Shown here in pieces: positions 37,901-47,604 of a stretch of 64,000 bases of DNA (positions are counted from its first letter, which is position 1; each line of letters begins with the position of its first letter). The translations under genes and the position numbers were made by a program. Under the pieces are notes generated by a model that was not told the DNA's origin, ran no database searches, and worked only from the letters and a program-made list of their open reading frames with translations. Origin of the DNA: a virus; the IMG/VR virus record IMGVR_UViG_3300012642_000011, positions 352,001-416,000 of that record; one strand, given 5' to 3'.

Positions 37901-39175
37901 CGGCTTGTTTCTCAATATTAATCGCAGCATTCAGATCCCTATCGATCCTAACACCACAATTATCACACTCAAATACTCTCACATGCAACAAGATCTTGAC
38001 TTTCGATCTTGCACCACATTGAGAACACACTTGAGTGCTCGGGTAAAACCTGTCAATCAGGACAGTTTTCGACCCATACCATGCAGACTTATACGCCACC
38101 AATTGACGCAACTTGCCAAACTGAGCATGAGCAATACGACGAGACAAACGATGATTCTTCACCATACCCGCCACGTTCAAGTCCTCCAAGCCAATTAATG
38201 AGTAATCATCCACCAGCCTCTTGCTTAACTTGTGAAGATTATCCTCCTCAATATTGGCGATTTTAGCATGCATTTTTGCCACATCTGCTTTCGCCCTCTC
38301 GTACCGGCGTGAAGGCATCTGCCCCGTTTTCTTGTCCAAACCTTGACGACGTGACAGCCTCTTGTTCAAACGGCGGAGTTTTTTCAAGTATTTCTCGTAT
38401 ATTCTCGGATTCTCGATCACAGTTCCGTCCGAGAACACAGCAAGATTCTTCACACCGAGATCGACACCAATGGCGGATCTCTTTTTGTCTTTCTTAGTGC
38501 GCTTCAAGTGGTATTGCTGCTCTAAATCCTCATTTACTCTGAAAGTAAGAGTGACGAACCATCGGGTTCTCGAATATTTAACACTGGCGAGAGTGAGTTT
38601 TGCTCCGTGGTTGAGTAACCATCGCGCTTTAGTGGCTTTCTCGTGGAGTTTGATGGTTTCTAAACGTGGCAGGGTGATGTGTTTATCCCCTTGCTCTAAA
38701 CGTCTGGTTCCGGTTGTGAAAGTCACACCTTCAGAGTGATTCAGATCTCGCTTCTTGAATTTGGGGAGTCCAGTGCGTTTATTGTAGTAGCCTTTCAGCG
38801 CAAGGGAGAGATTATTGGCTCCTGTGGCGAAGGCTTCCTTGCTGTTTTCTTTCCACCATGGTGCTACTTCTTCTTTGTGGGCGTTCAAGTGATTTCTCAG
38901 TGCGTAGGATGAGGTGTTGAGGTACTCATTAGTTTCACTGTTTTTGACTTTTGCCCAGTTGTCAAGTATTTCATTGAGAAGCCAGTTGTATGCAAATCTT
39001 ACTGCTCCGCTGTGGGATTTGAGTTTTTCTTCTTGTTCTGTGGTGGGGTTGAGGGCATATTGTAAAACAATGGTGCTCATTCTCTCCCCCTTCTTTTGTT
39101 CTGATGTCTTTATCTTATAGTATAGCAAAATTACTTTAGAATACTATCTGGGGCAACAGTTGCCAACCCTTATTT
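37716..39175 (-). mobile_element. IS200/IS605-family insertion carrying only tnpB (about 1.46 kb)
   Basis: The intact tnpB is bracketed by the 12-bp inverted sequences aaataagggttg (37716..37727) and caacccttattt (39164..39175). Subterminal hairpins lie at ggttgatcgagtccatgatcaacc (37723..37746) and ggcaacagttgcc (39152..39164). No tnpA is present. Confidence 0.6.
37779..39128 (-). CDS. tnpB: TnpB (IS605 OrfB) RNA-guided nuclease
   Basis: RuvC-I GVDLGVKNLAV, RuvC-II IGLEDLNVAGM, zinc finger CSQCGARS ... CDNCG, RuvC-III DRDLNAAINI. N-terminal OrfB helix-turn-helix region. Confidence 0.9.
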   Translation of the reverse strand: MLYYKIKTSEQKKGERMSTIVLQYALNPTTEQEEKLKSHSGAVRFAYNWLLNEILDNWAKVKNSETNEYLNTSSYALRNHLNAHKEEVAPWWKENSKEAFATGANNLSLALKGYYNKRTGLPKFKKRDLNHSEGVTFTTGTRRLEQGDKHITLPRLETIKLHEKATKARWLLNHGAKLTLASVKYSRTRWFVTLTFRVNEDLEQQYHLKRTKKDKKRSAIGVDLGVKNLAVFSDGTVIENPRIYEKYLKKLRRLNKRLSRRQGLDKKTGQMPSRRYERAKADVAKMHAKIANIEEDNLHKLSKRLVDDYSLIGLEDLNVAGMVKNHRLSRRIAHAQFGKLRQLVAYKSAWYGSKTVLIDRFYPSTQVCSQCGARSKVKILLHVRVFECDNCGVRIDRDLNAAINIEKQAVAQSCGETLNGRGDGSAGLVSPSETPVCEAISESRILTIA

Positions 39176-39185
39176 AATCCTCGAC

Positions 39186-39881
39186 TTACGAAGATGGGGA
39201 GGATTCAGATTGGGATTCAGATGCTTGCTGGGAGAATCTGGCAACATCATCAATGAATGTTTTGGGAGCGAACTCCCATTTGCCCTCAACGTAAACCATA
39301 TGGAAATCAAATGCTCCTGTTGAATGGAATACTGTCAATGGAACAAGAGCATACCCTGCTTCCTGATCCACGAAAGCCTGATTCCAAGCATCATCTTGGA
39401 CAAGATTGACCTTACCCTTTTCGTCCTTGACTGCATCAGCAACAACAACCAAAGACTGCAATGTATTGACAGTTCTTATATTCTTAGTAATAGGATCAAA
39501 TCCATCAGTTCTGATCATTGACTTGAGATCATCTGTCACAACGCCATCTTCTTCTTTTTCGATAGCATCAACTTGAGACATCAAATCTGGCTTGTTTGAA
39601 GGGTTTTTAGCAGCCTCTTCAATGATTCTTCTTATGGACTCTACAGCATCTTTCTTGTCTTCTTCAACAGTCTTTCCCGACAGTGTTCTGCTTATCTGAT
39701 CCACCTGTTGACTACTACTGGCAGGACTGCTCTCGCTATTGTCTTTCACTACACTGTCTTTATTGACACCATTGATGACAAGGAAAATCAAGCCAATCGT
39801 GATGATGAGGAATGCAATTAAAATACCGATTAGAATCTTTATCTTCAAGTCCTGTTTTTGCTTTGTTGTCCTGTTACTCAC
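39186..39881 (-). CDS. Membrane-anchored extracytoplasmic protein (231 aa)
   Basis: N-terminal TM ILIGILIAFLIITIGLIFLVI. Confidence 0.4.
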   Translation of the reverse strand: MSNRTTKQKQDLKIKILIGILIAFLIITIGLIFLVINGVNKDSVVKDNSESSPASSSQQVDQISRTLSGKTVEEDKKDAVESIRRIIEEAAKNPSNKPDLMSQVDAIEKEEDGVVTDDLKSMIRTDGFDPITKNIRTVNTLQSLVVVADAVKDEKGKVNLVQDDAWNQAFVDQEAGYALVPLTVFHSTGAFDFHMVYVEGKWEFAPKTFIDDVARFSQQASESQSESSPSS

Positions 39882-40483
39882 TGACCGTTCCTATTCTTCT
39901 GATCATTTAAAAACTTTTCGATATCAGTGTCTTCTGCAGGAAACTCATTTTCAACTTCGTCTACTGTGTTGAAAGAATCCATATACTGCTCTTCCTCATC
40001 ACTCAAAGAATCACTTTTTGAATCTTCTACGCTATCGGATTCTTGAAGGAGCATATTTTTATCATCTATCTTTTTAATCCTTCTCAATTCAAGAAGCAGC
40101 ATGAGTATGGAAAGCATGAGGAACAGAGCAAAGAGACCAAGAATAATCGCCCACTTGTAATCATAAATGGAGAGAAGGAAATAATCCTTGGTCTCTTTAG
40201 CGTAAACCAATCCTCCACTTTCAAGAATGTACTTGATAGTATCAACACTATAGACCTTTTCCAAAGCCATGAAGAGAGCAAGAGTGGCACCAGATGACAC
40301 TAGAGCGCAGATGAAAAAGAAAGCAGACCATGTAATGTATCTCTTCCACCATGGGATTCTATTGTATTCTTCAGCAGTAGAATAAAGTACCTCATCTTCT
40401 GATGTGACTTCACCGGATGCGAGTTTAGCCCTTCTTCTGGACTCTTCAATAAAATCCATATCTTCTCTGCTTCTTGAGGTCAT
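39878..40483 (-). CDS. Two-TM membrane protein with acidic C-terminus (201 aa)
   Basis: Two hydrophobic helices. Stop/start overlaps on both sides. Confidence 0.4.
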   Translation of the reverse strand: MTSRSREDMDFIEESRRRAKLASGEVTSEDEVLYSTAEEYNRIPWWKRYITWSAFFFICALVSSGATLALFMALEKVYSVDTIKYILESGGLVYAKETKDYFLLSIYDYKWAIILGLFALFLMLSILMLLLELRRIKKIDDKNMLLQESDSVEDSKSDSLSDEEEQYMDSFNTVDEVENEFPAEDTDIEKFLNDQKNRNGQ

Positions 40484-41766
40484 TGATCATCAACTCCCAT
40501 GTGCCTTCCCAGTGACTCAATAAACTCGGGGGAAATAGTCCTGATAGAATTCATATCAATATCACTGGTGCCCATTTGTTTGATCATTTTGATTGCTTCA
40601 TCATATCGACTTGTCATCAACGCTGTCTTGATGATAGCATGGGAAATATTTGAAGCAAGGATGTCATCTGATTCATGGCTAAAGACTGGACCTCCATAGA
40701 TAGAAGACTCCACCATTTTTTCTTCGGAACTTTCATCCCATGTCAATGGGGTGTTCTTCCTAGTCTCAACCCACATCTTGTGTTGCTCTTCCAAATCCTT
40801 GAACTCAATGATAGGAAGTCCCATTGCTCTTGCAACTTCCTCATTGGAAAACACGTGGTCATCAGGCTTGCCTTGCTGCTTCCTCATCTCTTTGATTTTT
40901 CTTGACCTGTTTTTTTGGAACTCAGCAAGTTCTTTACCAAGATAAATCACAGGCAAATCATAGGGCCTTTTTGACAGCACTGAATGCAAGTATCCTGAGA
41001 ATGGTACGGGAGCGTCTTGATTGAACTTTTCAATAGCATCAATAACCCACGTCATGATCTGTGAATCTTGATCCTCTGGTTCAGGAAGGAAGATCTTGAT
41101 AGTGTCCATTTCTTTTCTGACTAACGTCTTCCCGAACTTAGAATAGAAATCAATGATCCCATGGGAGAATGCAGTAGAGAAATCAACCAGTTCTCTTCTC
41201 ATGGTGATCGCTCTTGCATATGTCTTAGCCTTACCTTCTCCTAATTCAGCAAGTGTGGACTTGATGATAGGAGCAATGTATGTAGAACTCAAACAGAATG
41301 CCTTGTACTTGCCAGGAATCTCTTGGCTTCTAATCTTTGCTATACCTTTTAATCTTTCCTGAATCACTTTCAACGCTTCAGGGGATGCTTGGAAGGAAAC
41401 CACGCCAAGTTCTCTTAGCGGAGCATCAATGAATCCTTCTGTTTCAGTTTTCTTATCCCAAACACGTGAAGGGAAGATGTCACTGATAATCTGAGAACCC
41501 ATCTCTATACGGTTTTCCTTCATCCATTTGACCAATGAATCATAAGACATACGATATGATTTTGAGCCATCAGATGCTGGGATTACTACACCATCTTTTA
41601 CAGCCTGATCAATCCATTCTGTGATTTCATCATAGGATGCCTTTGTATACTTTTCGATTTTCTCCTTGGTATACCACATACCATCAGAAAAGATAGCGCC
41701 TATCCTGAATTCTATCGGTTGAAGTTTAAAGGTTTCTTTAGTGAACAATGGTTTATTGTTACTCAT
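40480..41766 (-). CDS. Hypothetical cytoplasmic protein (428 aa)
   Basis: Intact ORF within the operon. Confidence 0.35.
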   Translation of the reverse strand: MSNNKPLFTKETFKLQPIEFRIGAIFSDGMWYTKEKIEKYTKASYDEITEWIDQAVKDGVVIPASDGSKSYRMSYDSLVKWMKENRIEMGSQIISDIFPSRVWDKKTETEGFIDAPLRELGVVSFQASPEALKVIQERLKGIAKIRSQEIPGKYKAFCLSSTYIAPIIKSTLAELGEGKAKTYARAITMRRELVDFSTAFSHGIIDFYSKFGKTLVRKEMDTIKIFLPEPEDQDSQIMTWVIDAIEKFNQDAPVPFSGYLHSVLSKRPYDLPVIYLGKELAEFQKNRSRKIKEMRKQQGKPDDHVFSNEEVARAMGLPIIEFKDLEEQHKMWVETRKNTPLTWDESSEEKMVESSIYGGPVFSHESDDILASNISHAIIKTALMTSRYDEAIKMIKQMGTSDIDMNSIRTISPEFIESLGRHMGVDDQ

Positions 41767-42071
41767 GAGTCAATACCCTCTTTCTGAACAAAACGTGGAA
41801 GAAATTTCTCTTTATGCGTTTCTAAGAAGATGTCCATCTTAACGAAGAAATCATTCAAGTTCTTCTCAGACATTCTGCCAGGAGTATCTATCTGATAGAC
41901 AATTTCTCCACCGAATCCTGAACTCTCTGTCACCCTGTCCCAACGCTGGGAGAACAATCGGGATAATGACTTGGAAATTACAGCATCGGCAGAAGACTGT
42001 GTTTCCTCTTGCGGAACTTTAATACATACAAAGAAAGCATCAATCCTTTTGCTGTCTGGACTCATAAGCAA
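41763..42071 (-). CDS. Hypothetical protein (102 aa)
   Basis: Intact ORF, translationally coupled. Confidence 0.3.
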   Translation of the reverse strand: MLMSPDSKRIDAFFVCIKVPQEETQSSADAVISKSLSRLFSQRWDRVTESSGFGGEIVYQIDTPGRMSEKNLNDFFVKMDIFLETHKEKFLPRFVQKEGIDS

Positions 42072-42087
42072 TCACCAAAATTTCATC

Positions 42088-43023
42088 TCACAAGACATCA
42101 CTCTTTGTAATGCCGTTTTTTTCAAGTGCCACTTTAAGTTTAACAAGAGACTTCTTCCCAAACTCTTCAACTTCCTCCGGCGTGTTAAATTTATACTTAC
42201 TCTTTGCTCTAACCTTCTTTAAGGTAACAACGCCCTTCTTCTTTCCATCTCCTAAACCGAAGAGAGCACGAATACAATCCTGCTCTTTTTCAGTCAATGA
42301 AAGGAAGCAATCCCTGATCTTGGAGTTCACGTCTGCTCGCTCAGCAGCCTCCATAGCATTATCATCCGCATACTTATAAGAGATGAGATCAGTAATATCT
42401 TTCTCCTCATCACCATCAGCAGAGAAACCATTCAGTGAGATAGTGGAAGAAGATGCATTGGAAATCACAGTAATGTCTTCTCTGGTCAGATTTCTCTCTT
42501 CAAAAGCCATTCTTTCGATCTCTGCAGTGGACAATTCGGGGAAATCCCTATGAAGACTCTGCAGGTAAGAGTTGTCAGCAACTCTGTTCTCTGGAAGCCT
42601 GATCAACTTTGCTTCCTTGTTATAGGTTCTAGTGATCTCCTGATAGATCCACCATGTTGCAACTGTGGAGAGATTATTTCCTCTAGATGGGTCATACTTT
42701 CGAATAGCAGTAAAGAGTCCATTCATACCACACTGAATCATGTCATCCTCGTCATAACTGGTTGAGGATGGAATTTTGCTTGCAAAAGCCTTAACCTGAG
42801 ACGTAACTAAACCAACATTAGCCTTAATGAGAGTCTCTGTTGCATCATTGTACGCTTTGATCTCATGGTAGTACTTCTTACGCAGTTCTGCTTTCTCTTC
42901 ACTACTCAGATTGGGATCAATAGACTTCTCATAGAAAGGTAAGTTCTTCTGAACAATCTCCCCTAAACGAAGCTGCTCTTCCTTATCCAACTTACTGATA
43001 GACTCATACTTTACAGTAGACAT
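42088..43023 (-). CDS. Sigma-70 family RNA polymerase sigma factor (RpoD/SigA-like regions 2 and 4)
   Basis: Region 2 DMIQCGMNGLFTAIRKYDPSRGNNLSTVATWWIYQEITRTY. Region 4 CIRALFGLGDGKKKGVVTLKKV ... LVKLKVAL. Confidence 0.8.
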   Translation of the reverse strand: MSTVKYESISKLDKEEQLRLGEIVQKNLPFYEKSIDPNLSSEEKAELRKKYYHEIKAYNDATETLIKANVGLVTSQVKAFASKIPSSTSYDEDDMIQCGMNGLFTAIRKYDPSRGNNLSTVATWWIYQEITRTYNKEAKLIRLPENRVADNSYLQSLHRDFPELSTAEIERMAFEERNLTREDITVISNASSSTISLNGFSADGDEEKDITDLISYKYADDNAMEAAERADVNSKIRDCFLSLTEKEQDCIRALFGLGDGKKKGVVTLKKVRAKSKYKFNTPEEVEEFGKKSLVKLKVALEKNGITKSDVL

Positions 43024-43092
43024 ATCTCAGACCACTACTCCTATACCTAACTCGCGTGTTTCCGCTTTTACTGAACTTACATTGTATCGCTA

Positions 43093-43106
43093 ACAGAGTT
43101 CTCTGT
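43093..43106. promoter_or_regulatory. Palindrome ACAGAGTTCTCTGT about 70 nt upstream of the sigma-factor gene
   Basis: Perfect 6+6 inverted repeat with a 2-nt spacer. A candidate operator. Confidence 0.25.
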
Positions 43107-43116
43107 CAACTACATG

Positions 43117-43464
43117 TTAAAACTCCTCATCGAAGTAATCTATTCCCTCTTCCATCTCTTCTTTTTCTATTTTAATGGAGTTATAAGAATGAAGATCATT
43201 GCTAAAATGAACAGCATCGTTCATTGCATCATTAATGAGTTCCTCAATAGTGCAATCATCATCATCCTCGAACTCGATTCTTGATTCCCGAGATAGAACC
43301 CCATGCTCTTTCAAATGATAGTTGATCTTATCAATAGCATTTCTATTTACCTCTGTCAACTTAGGGGGCAGAGAATTCTTCGAGAACTCCTCAATGGGAT
43401 CAGTACTCATCCAGATCACCTCGTAGTATCGCCTGTTTATCATTAATACAGATATCGTTGACAA
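43117..43464 (-). CDS. Small acidic hypothetical protein
   Basis: Overlaps the upstream ORF by 65 nt. The true start is probably the internal Met of MSTDPIEEF. Confidence 0.3.
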   Translation of the reverse strand: MSTISVLMINRRYYEVIWMSTDPIEEFSKNSLPPKLTEVNRNAIDKINYHLKEHGVLSRESRIEFEDDDDCTIEELINDAMNDAVHFSNDLHSYNSIKIEKEEMEEGIDYFDEEF

Positions 43465-43855
43465 AATACTGCAATCCCAACTTCTTCACAGCAAAAACAA
43501 TGCTCTTCAAAATAGCATCAGAATCAACAGGAAAATCTAAAGAAGGAATAATTGCCAAAGCCAAAGCGCAACGATAGTGACCATCGATCTCATATATCCT
43601 CACTCTGATCTCCATATCGGAAATCAGAAAAGAATCAACTTTATTCTTCTTTAACGCATTCATGATGATCTGATTCAAGTAAGAATAGAGATGTTGCTGT
43701 ACTTTAGTCTCATTATTACGAGAAAGAGTTTCGAGATGATCAGTCAACTGTTTAACAGAAGAAACGTCTTGAGAGGAAGATCTCATTGCAACCAAAGTAT
43801 CCAAGACAGTCATACTGTGTATGTTCTCTTTGTTCACATCCCCCTCCTTTCTCAT
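43400..43855 (-). CDS. Hypothetical protein (151 aa)
   Basis: Intact ORF. Confidence 0.3.
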   Translation of the reverse strand: MRKEGDVNKENIHSMTVLDTLVAMRSSSQDVSSVKQLTDHLETLSRNNETKVQQHLYSYLNQIIMNALKKNKVDSFLISDMEIRVRIYEIDGHYRCALALAIIPSLDFPVDSDAILKSIVFAVKKLGLQYFVNDICINDKQAILRGDLDEY

Positions 43856-43903
43856 GTCTCATCATCACGATAACCTTACACTGTGGTTTTGTCAACTTTG
43901 ATC

Positions 43904-44137
43904 TCAGCCAGAGTAAAGAGAAATCATCCACCATACGAACCATACAATCAAACCGATTGCAATCAAAGAAGCAACGGTTCTGACAAAAATCACGTTCAAG
44001 ACAAAAGTGCTTGGCTTAACAGAGGATGAACGGTACTTCTTAATCCCCTTGACTTTCTTATCTGTCCTCTTCAGGTCTTGAACTACTCTCTTCTCAGGCT
44101 CTTTTTGTTTCTCACCTACAAGATCTTCAAACCTCAT
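43904..44137 (-). CDS. Small membrane protein (77 aa)
   Basis: C-terminal TM VASLIAIGLIVWFVWWMISLY. Confidence 0.3.
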   Translation of the reverse strand: MRFEDLVGEKQKEPEKRVVQDLKRTDKKVKGIKKYRSSSVKPSTFVLNVIFVRTVASLIAIGLIVWFVWWMISLYSG

Positions 44138-44683
44138 TCACTTTACCTCCTCATCTAAGGGTAAACCATACACATTGTTTGCAGGAAGAATCATCAATTC
44201 TCCCTTGTTACATGCTCCCTCAACACACTTGGCAACATACTCATTATCAAGAAGTTTCTTTCCTTCTGCTGACTGGGGCAATACTCCATCCATAGGAACA
44301 TTGTCAACAGTGAAAGCACCATCACCTGATTCAGAGATCTTCCCAAATGGTCCAGAAAGAATCTCCACCTTTGCCACGTTTTTCTGCGGAATGAAAGACT
44401 GACGGGCACGATCAACAATGCTTTCACCCTGTTCTTGAGTAGTGTTCACAATTGCAAAATTACCTGCTGTAATATTTCCTCCAGGGAAAATGTTATTCCT
44501 CACAGGTGCTACATGACCACCTAATGCACCAACACCAGATGTGTTAGGAATTACTCTAAGAAGTGTCAGTGACATCACTGTATACAGCAAGAACGCTAAC
44601 ACAATAGAGAATGTAATTGTTTTGACAATAATAGAGACATTCAATTTTGCGACAGCCGTCTTGGAAACTCGTGTTTGAGACAT
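44138..44683 (-). CDS. Membrane-anchored periplasmic/extracellular protein (CpaB/SAF-like?)
   Basis: N-terminal TM, then a beta-rich domain. The CpaB assignment is speculative. Confidence 0.3.
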   Translation of the reverse strand: MSQTRVSKTAVAKLNVSIIVKTITFSIVLAFLLYTVMSLTLLRVIPNTSGVGALGGHVAPVRNNIFPGGNITAGNFAIVNTTQEQGESIVDRARQSFIPQKNVAKVEILSGPFGKISESGDGAFTVDNVPMDGVLPQSAEGKKLLDNEYVAKCVEGACNKGELMILPANNVYGLPLDEEVK

Positions 44684-44719
44684 TTTATCTATCCTTCATT
44701 GCTTCTTTGAAACGAAATA

Positions 44720-45244
44720 TCAGATGACTATCATGAAGATCAAAAGGATAATGAAAGCAAGAAGAAAGCCGGTTTTGATCTTATTTTTAGACAACCACTC
44801 AATGATGTCCTTGTCAGTAGAATGACTCACTCTCTTCTTCCCTGACATTGTTTCATATATGTCATTCAATGATGAGGAAAGTGTTCTTGCAAGTTCCTGA
44901 GTGATTTTAAAATTGATAACATCCCCGTTGTTGTTTTCAACAATCAATGTAGGAGGATCATTCCTCATTTTTTTAGCACTGACGATATCGCCTGTATCTT
45001 GGTCCCTATAGCCTTCAAGCCTCCACGAGATAATGCCATCATACTGATCAATAATAGCAGAGTAATCATCACCATCAATCAAGAAGTCATCTGAGTTCAA
45101 CCTTCTCAAATCATCTTCCAGATAAGGATCAGATTCCTCTTCCTCTACGACTTCAACTTCCTCTACTCCCATCATGGAATTGAACTCATCAATAGAAAGA
45201 TCTCTTTCCTTGTTCTCTTCCTCATTGTTCTCAATATTACTCAT
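44720..45244 (-). CDS. C-terminally membrane-anchored acidic protein (174 aa)
   Basis: C-terminal TM FLLAFIILLIFMIVI. Confidence 0.3.
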   Translation of the reverse strand: MSNIENNEEENKERDLSIDEFNSMMGVEEVEVVEEEESDPYLEDDLRRLNSDDFLIDGDDYSAIIDQYDGIISWRLEGYRDQDTGDIVSAKKMRNDPPTLIVENNNGDVINFKITQELARTLSSSLNDIYETMSGKKRVSHSTDKDIIEWLSKNKIKTGFLLAFIILLIFMIVI

Positions 45245-45245
45245 G

Positions 45246-46253
45246 TCAATTACTTCCTTTGCTTGAAGAAGGGGATGGGGAACTCGTATTTGCAGGCTCT
45301 GGCTTTGCGTCAGACTTAGAAGGAGTACTTGAAGGTTTCATACCTGGATAACCCGAACCTGTATACGTGGAATTGGGGCTGGGAACTGATGTTGGCTTAG
45401 GAAGATCAGAAGGTTCCAACTTCTTAGCAGAACTCTGCCATTGCTCTACAGTGATGAATTCTCCATACCCTTCACTCATGTCAGAGATATTGGGGTTCGA
45501 CCATGTAGCCAAAAGGAAAGGATGCTGAATATCTTTAACATTATAAACATTCCATCCATTTCCTGCTGAAGTCATTGTCAACACTGCAGAATCATTATAT
45601 GTCTGCTCATTCACATTGAACTTACCATCCCAACTCACATCATCAGCAGTTTTTTGAAACTCTCTCTGAAGTGATTCAAAATTCACCTTGATATCAACTG
45701 CAATAGTATTCTTCCCTTCTCCTTGAGAAAGGAAATATGGATCAGAAACAACTTCAGAAGAGACATTGTTAATTTTAAAACCAGTCATCTTAGATGCCTC
45801 AAGCCTATCCCACTGAGAAACAGCATTTGTGCTGTAAGACACAGGAGAATTATTCAAAATCCTTGATCTCAAGGACTCATAGACATCTGAACGCGAAACA
45901 TAGTATCGATCAACGTCAACACCATCATGATTGATTACAGATGATGCTTCCCAGACGTTTTTATCACTGAGAGAATCCAACCTGATACCAAAAGTTCCAT
46001 CCTCACGAATGAATTCAGAAGCCTCCGTTTTAGCCTCACTGATTTGATCAGAAGAGAGTTCAGCTTTGATGTTCTCTTCATCTCCGCCCATCAGATTGGT
46101 CACTAAAATAGTAACACCTATCACTATAGCGACGATCACAATGCTCAAAATGGCAGCGGGCACCACTTTTGTCTTGCCTGATTCATCAATAAACCAGTTC
46201 GCCATTTCCAGACCTCTCTCCCACAAACCTGTAACCGTAGTATGCTCTACCAC
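45246..46253 (-). CDS. Membrane-anchored extracellular protein with S/P-rich C-terminus (335 aa)
   Basis: N-terminal TM AAILSIVIVAIVIGVTILV. Confidence 0.35.
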   Translation of the reverse strand: MVEHTTVTGLWERGLEMANWFIDESGKTKVVPAAILSIVIVAIVIGVTILVTNLMGGDEENIKAELSSDQISEAKTEASEFIREDGTFGIRLDSLSDKNVWEASSVINHDGVDVDRYYVSRSDVYESLRSRILNNSPVSYSTNAVSQWDRLEASKMTGFKINNVSSEVVSDPYFLSQGEGKNTIAVDIKVNFESLQREFQKTADDVSWDGKFNVNEQTYNDSAVLTMTSAGNGWNVYNVKDIQHPFLLATWSNPNISDMSEGYGEFITVEQWQSSAKKLEPSDLPKPTSVPSPNSTYTGSGYPGMKPSSTPSKSDAKPEPANTSSPSPSSSKGSN

Positions 46254-47604
46254 TTGTATCTACCAAATTTTCATTCAAATAACTAGATGGATCGATTCCA
46301 GCAACCCTATCCTGATAAGATGCATGGGCAATACTGTCAGTTCCGTTCACATCACCAATATAAAGGATGATGTGACCACTTGTTTGTGTTACCCAAACGT
46401 CTCCCGGCTTTGCTTCAGACTTCTTTGTGTACCTCTCCCAGTTAGGAGAATTAGCAAAGTACTCAGTCTGATGACTTGTTGCTCCCCATGGGACATTCTT
46501 ATCCACAGTAAGTTTTAATACTGTAGCAACAAATCGGTCACAAGACGCATACAGGGTTTCCAAAGGATCTCTGTCTGCTGTATCCATAGCCTGCTTCTTA
46601 GCCTGAATATACTCTGCTTTAGCCACAGACTGACCACTGAGATCACTAGGATCAACATAAGATTGACCTGATGTTGGGTATGACAGTCTTGCAGCCAACT
46701 GTGCAACATCAGATGTATCTAAAGTATTGGCAGAATTCATAGTACAACTTCCACCTGATGTTCCACCAGCATAACCGCCATTGAACTGTGCAAGGAAGTC
46801 ATTGGCGAACTGGATTCTTCTTTCATAGTGTGGCTTTCCTGCTCGCTCGAATCCCTTCTCAAATGCAATCACCATTTCTTCTGCATTCTTGGTGATGTCA
46901 TTGAATCCAAATTCAAAAGTCATCACAGACATCTCATTCTCAAGTTCATAAGCAAAGAATTCAAGTTGGATTGACATATCATTCCATTGAACACCCCTCT
47001 CTTGAGCAAACTGGACTAATCGTGGACGACGAACACCATCCCACTGAGCAAGACCAATAGCCTTTCCTCCGACATCTCCCCATGAAAGGATCTCTTCATT
47101 GCTTAAATCTGGCCTTGATTGACCGGGCTGAACTGCAGAAGGGTTATACATTGACTCCTGACCCCAGTTTCCAAGGATTCCAGCAGCCTGATTCAAAGTC
47201 ATTGGCTTGTTTCCCAGAACAGCAAAGTTATGAGACAATAGCCATGTAGCAATAGCATTAGCATTTCCCCACATGTCTCCTGTATCGGGAACGTTTACAC
47301 TTCCGCCTCCTTTGCCTCTGGGACCACCGATTCCAAAGCAACCATCAGCATTCTCATTCCTTCCAAAAGTTTGAGAAACAGCCATTCCGCCAACGACAAT
47401 ACTGAATAAAAGAGCCACAACGAGAGCAGCGACCCATGTTGCAGGATTCATTAAAACAGAAGCCAAGTTGGAGAAAGTGGAAGTTGAAAGTTGCGCAACT
47501 TTCCGAGCACGACGAATCGTATCTCTTGTTTTCTGAATTCTTTCTGAATTAGAAGAAACAGCATCAACGGCCTTTGATTTTAGATCATCCTTCAAAGCCA
47601 TCAC
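46186..47604 (-). CDS. Membrane-anchored peptidoglycan hydrolase (phage-tail-lysozyme-like domain plus CHAP/NlpC-like C-terminal domain)
   Basis: N-terminal TM. The lysozyme-like segment is NQAAGILGNWGQESMYNP ... IGLAQWDGVRRPRL. A C-terminal Cys/His papain-like region is present. This architecture is typical of transfer-apparatus hydrolases in monoderm type IV secretion systems. Confidence 0.6.
   Translation of the reverse strand: MMALKDDLKSKAVDAVSSNSERIQKTRDTIRRARKVAQLSTSTFSNLASVLMNPATWVAALVVALLFSIVVGGMAVSQTFGRNENADGCFGIGGPRGKGGGSVNVPDTGDMWGNANAIATWLLSHNFAVLGNKPMTLNQAAGILGNWGQESMYNPSAVQPGQSRPDLSNEEILSWGDVGGKAIGLAQWDGVRRPRLVQFAQERGVQWNDMSIQLEFFAYELENEMSVMTFEFGFNDITKNAEEMVIAFEKGFERAGKPHYERRIQFANDFLAQFNGGYAGGTSGGSCTMNSANTLDTSDVAQLAARLSYPTSGQSYVDPSDLSGQSVAKAEYIQAKKQAMDTADRDPLETLYASCDRFVATVLKLTVDKNVPWGATSHQTEYFANSPNWERYTKKSEAKPGDVWVTQTSGHIILYIGDVNGTDSIAHASYQDRVAGIDPSSYLNENLVDTSGRAYYGYRFVGERSGNGELVY

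Noticed and set aside
44138-44683. CpaB/RcpC-like pilus assembly protein
   Set aside because: Only the topology (N-terminal anchor plus beta-rich domain) supports it. No motif-level evidence.
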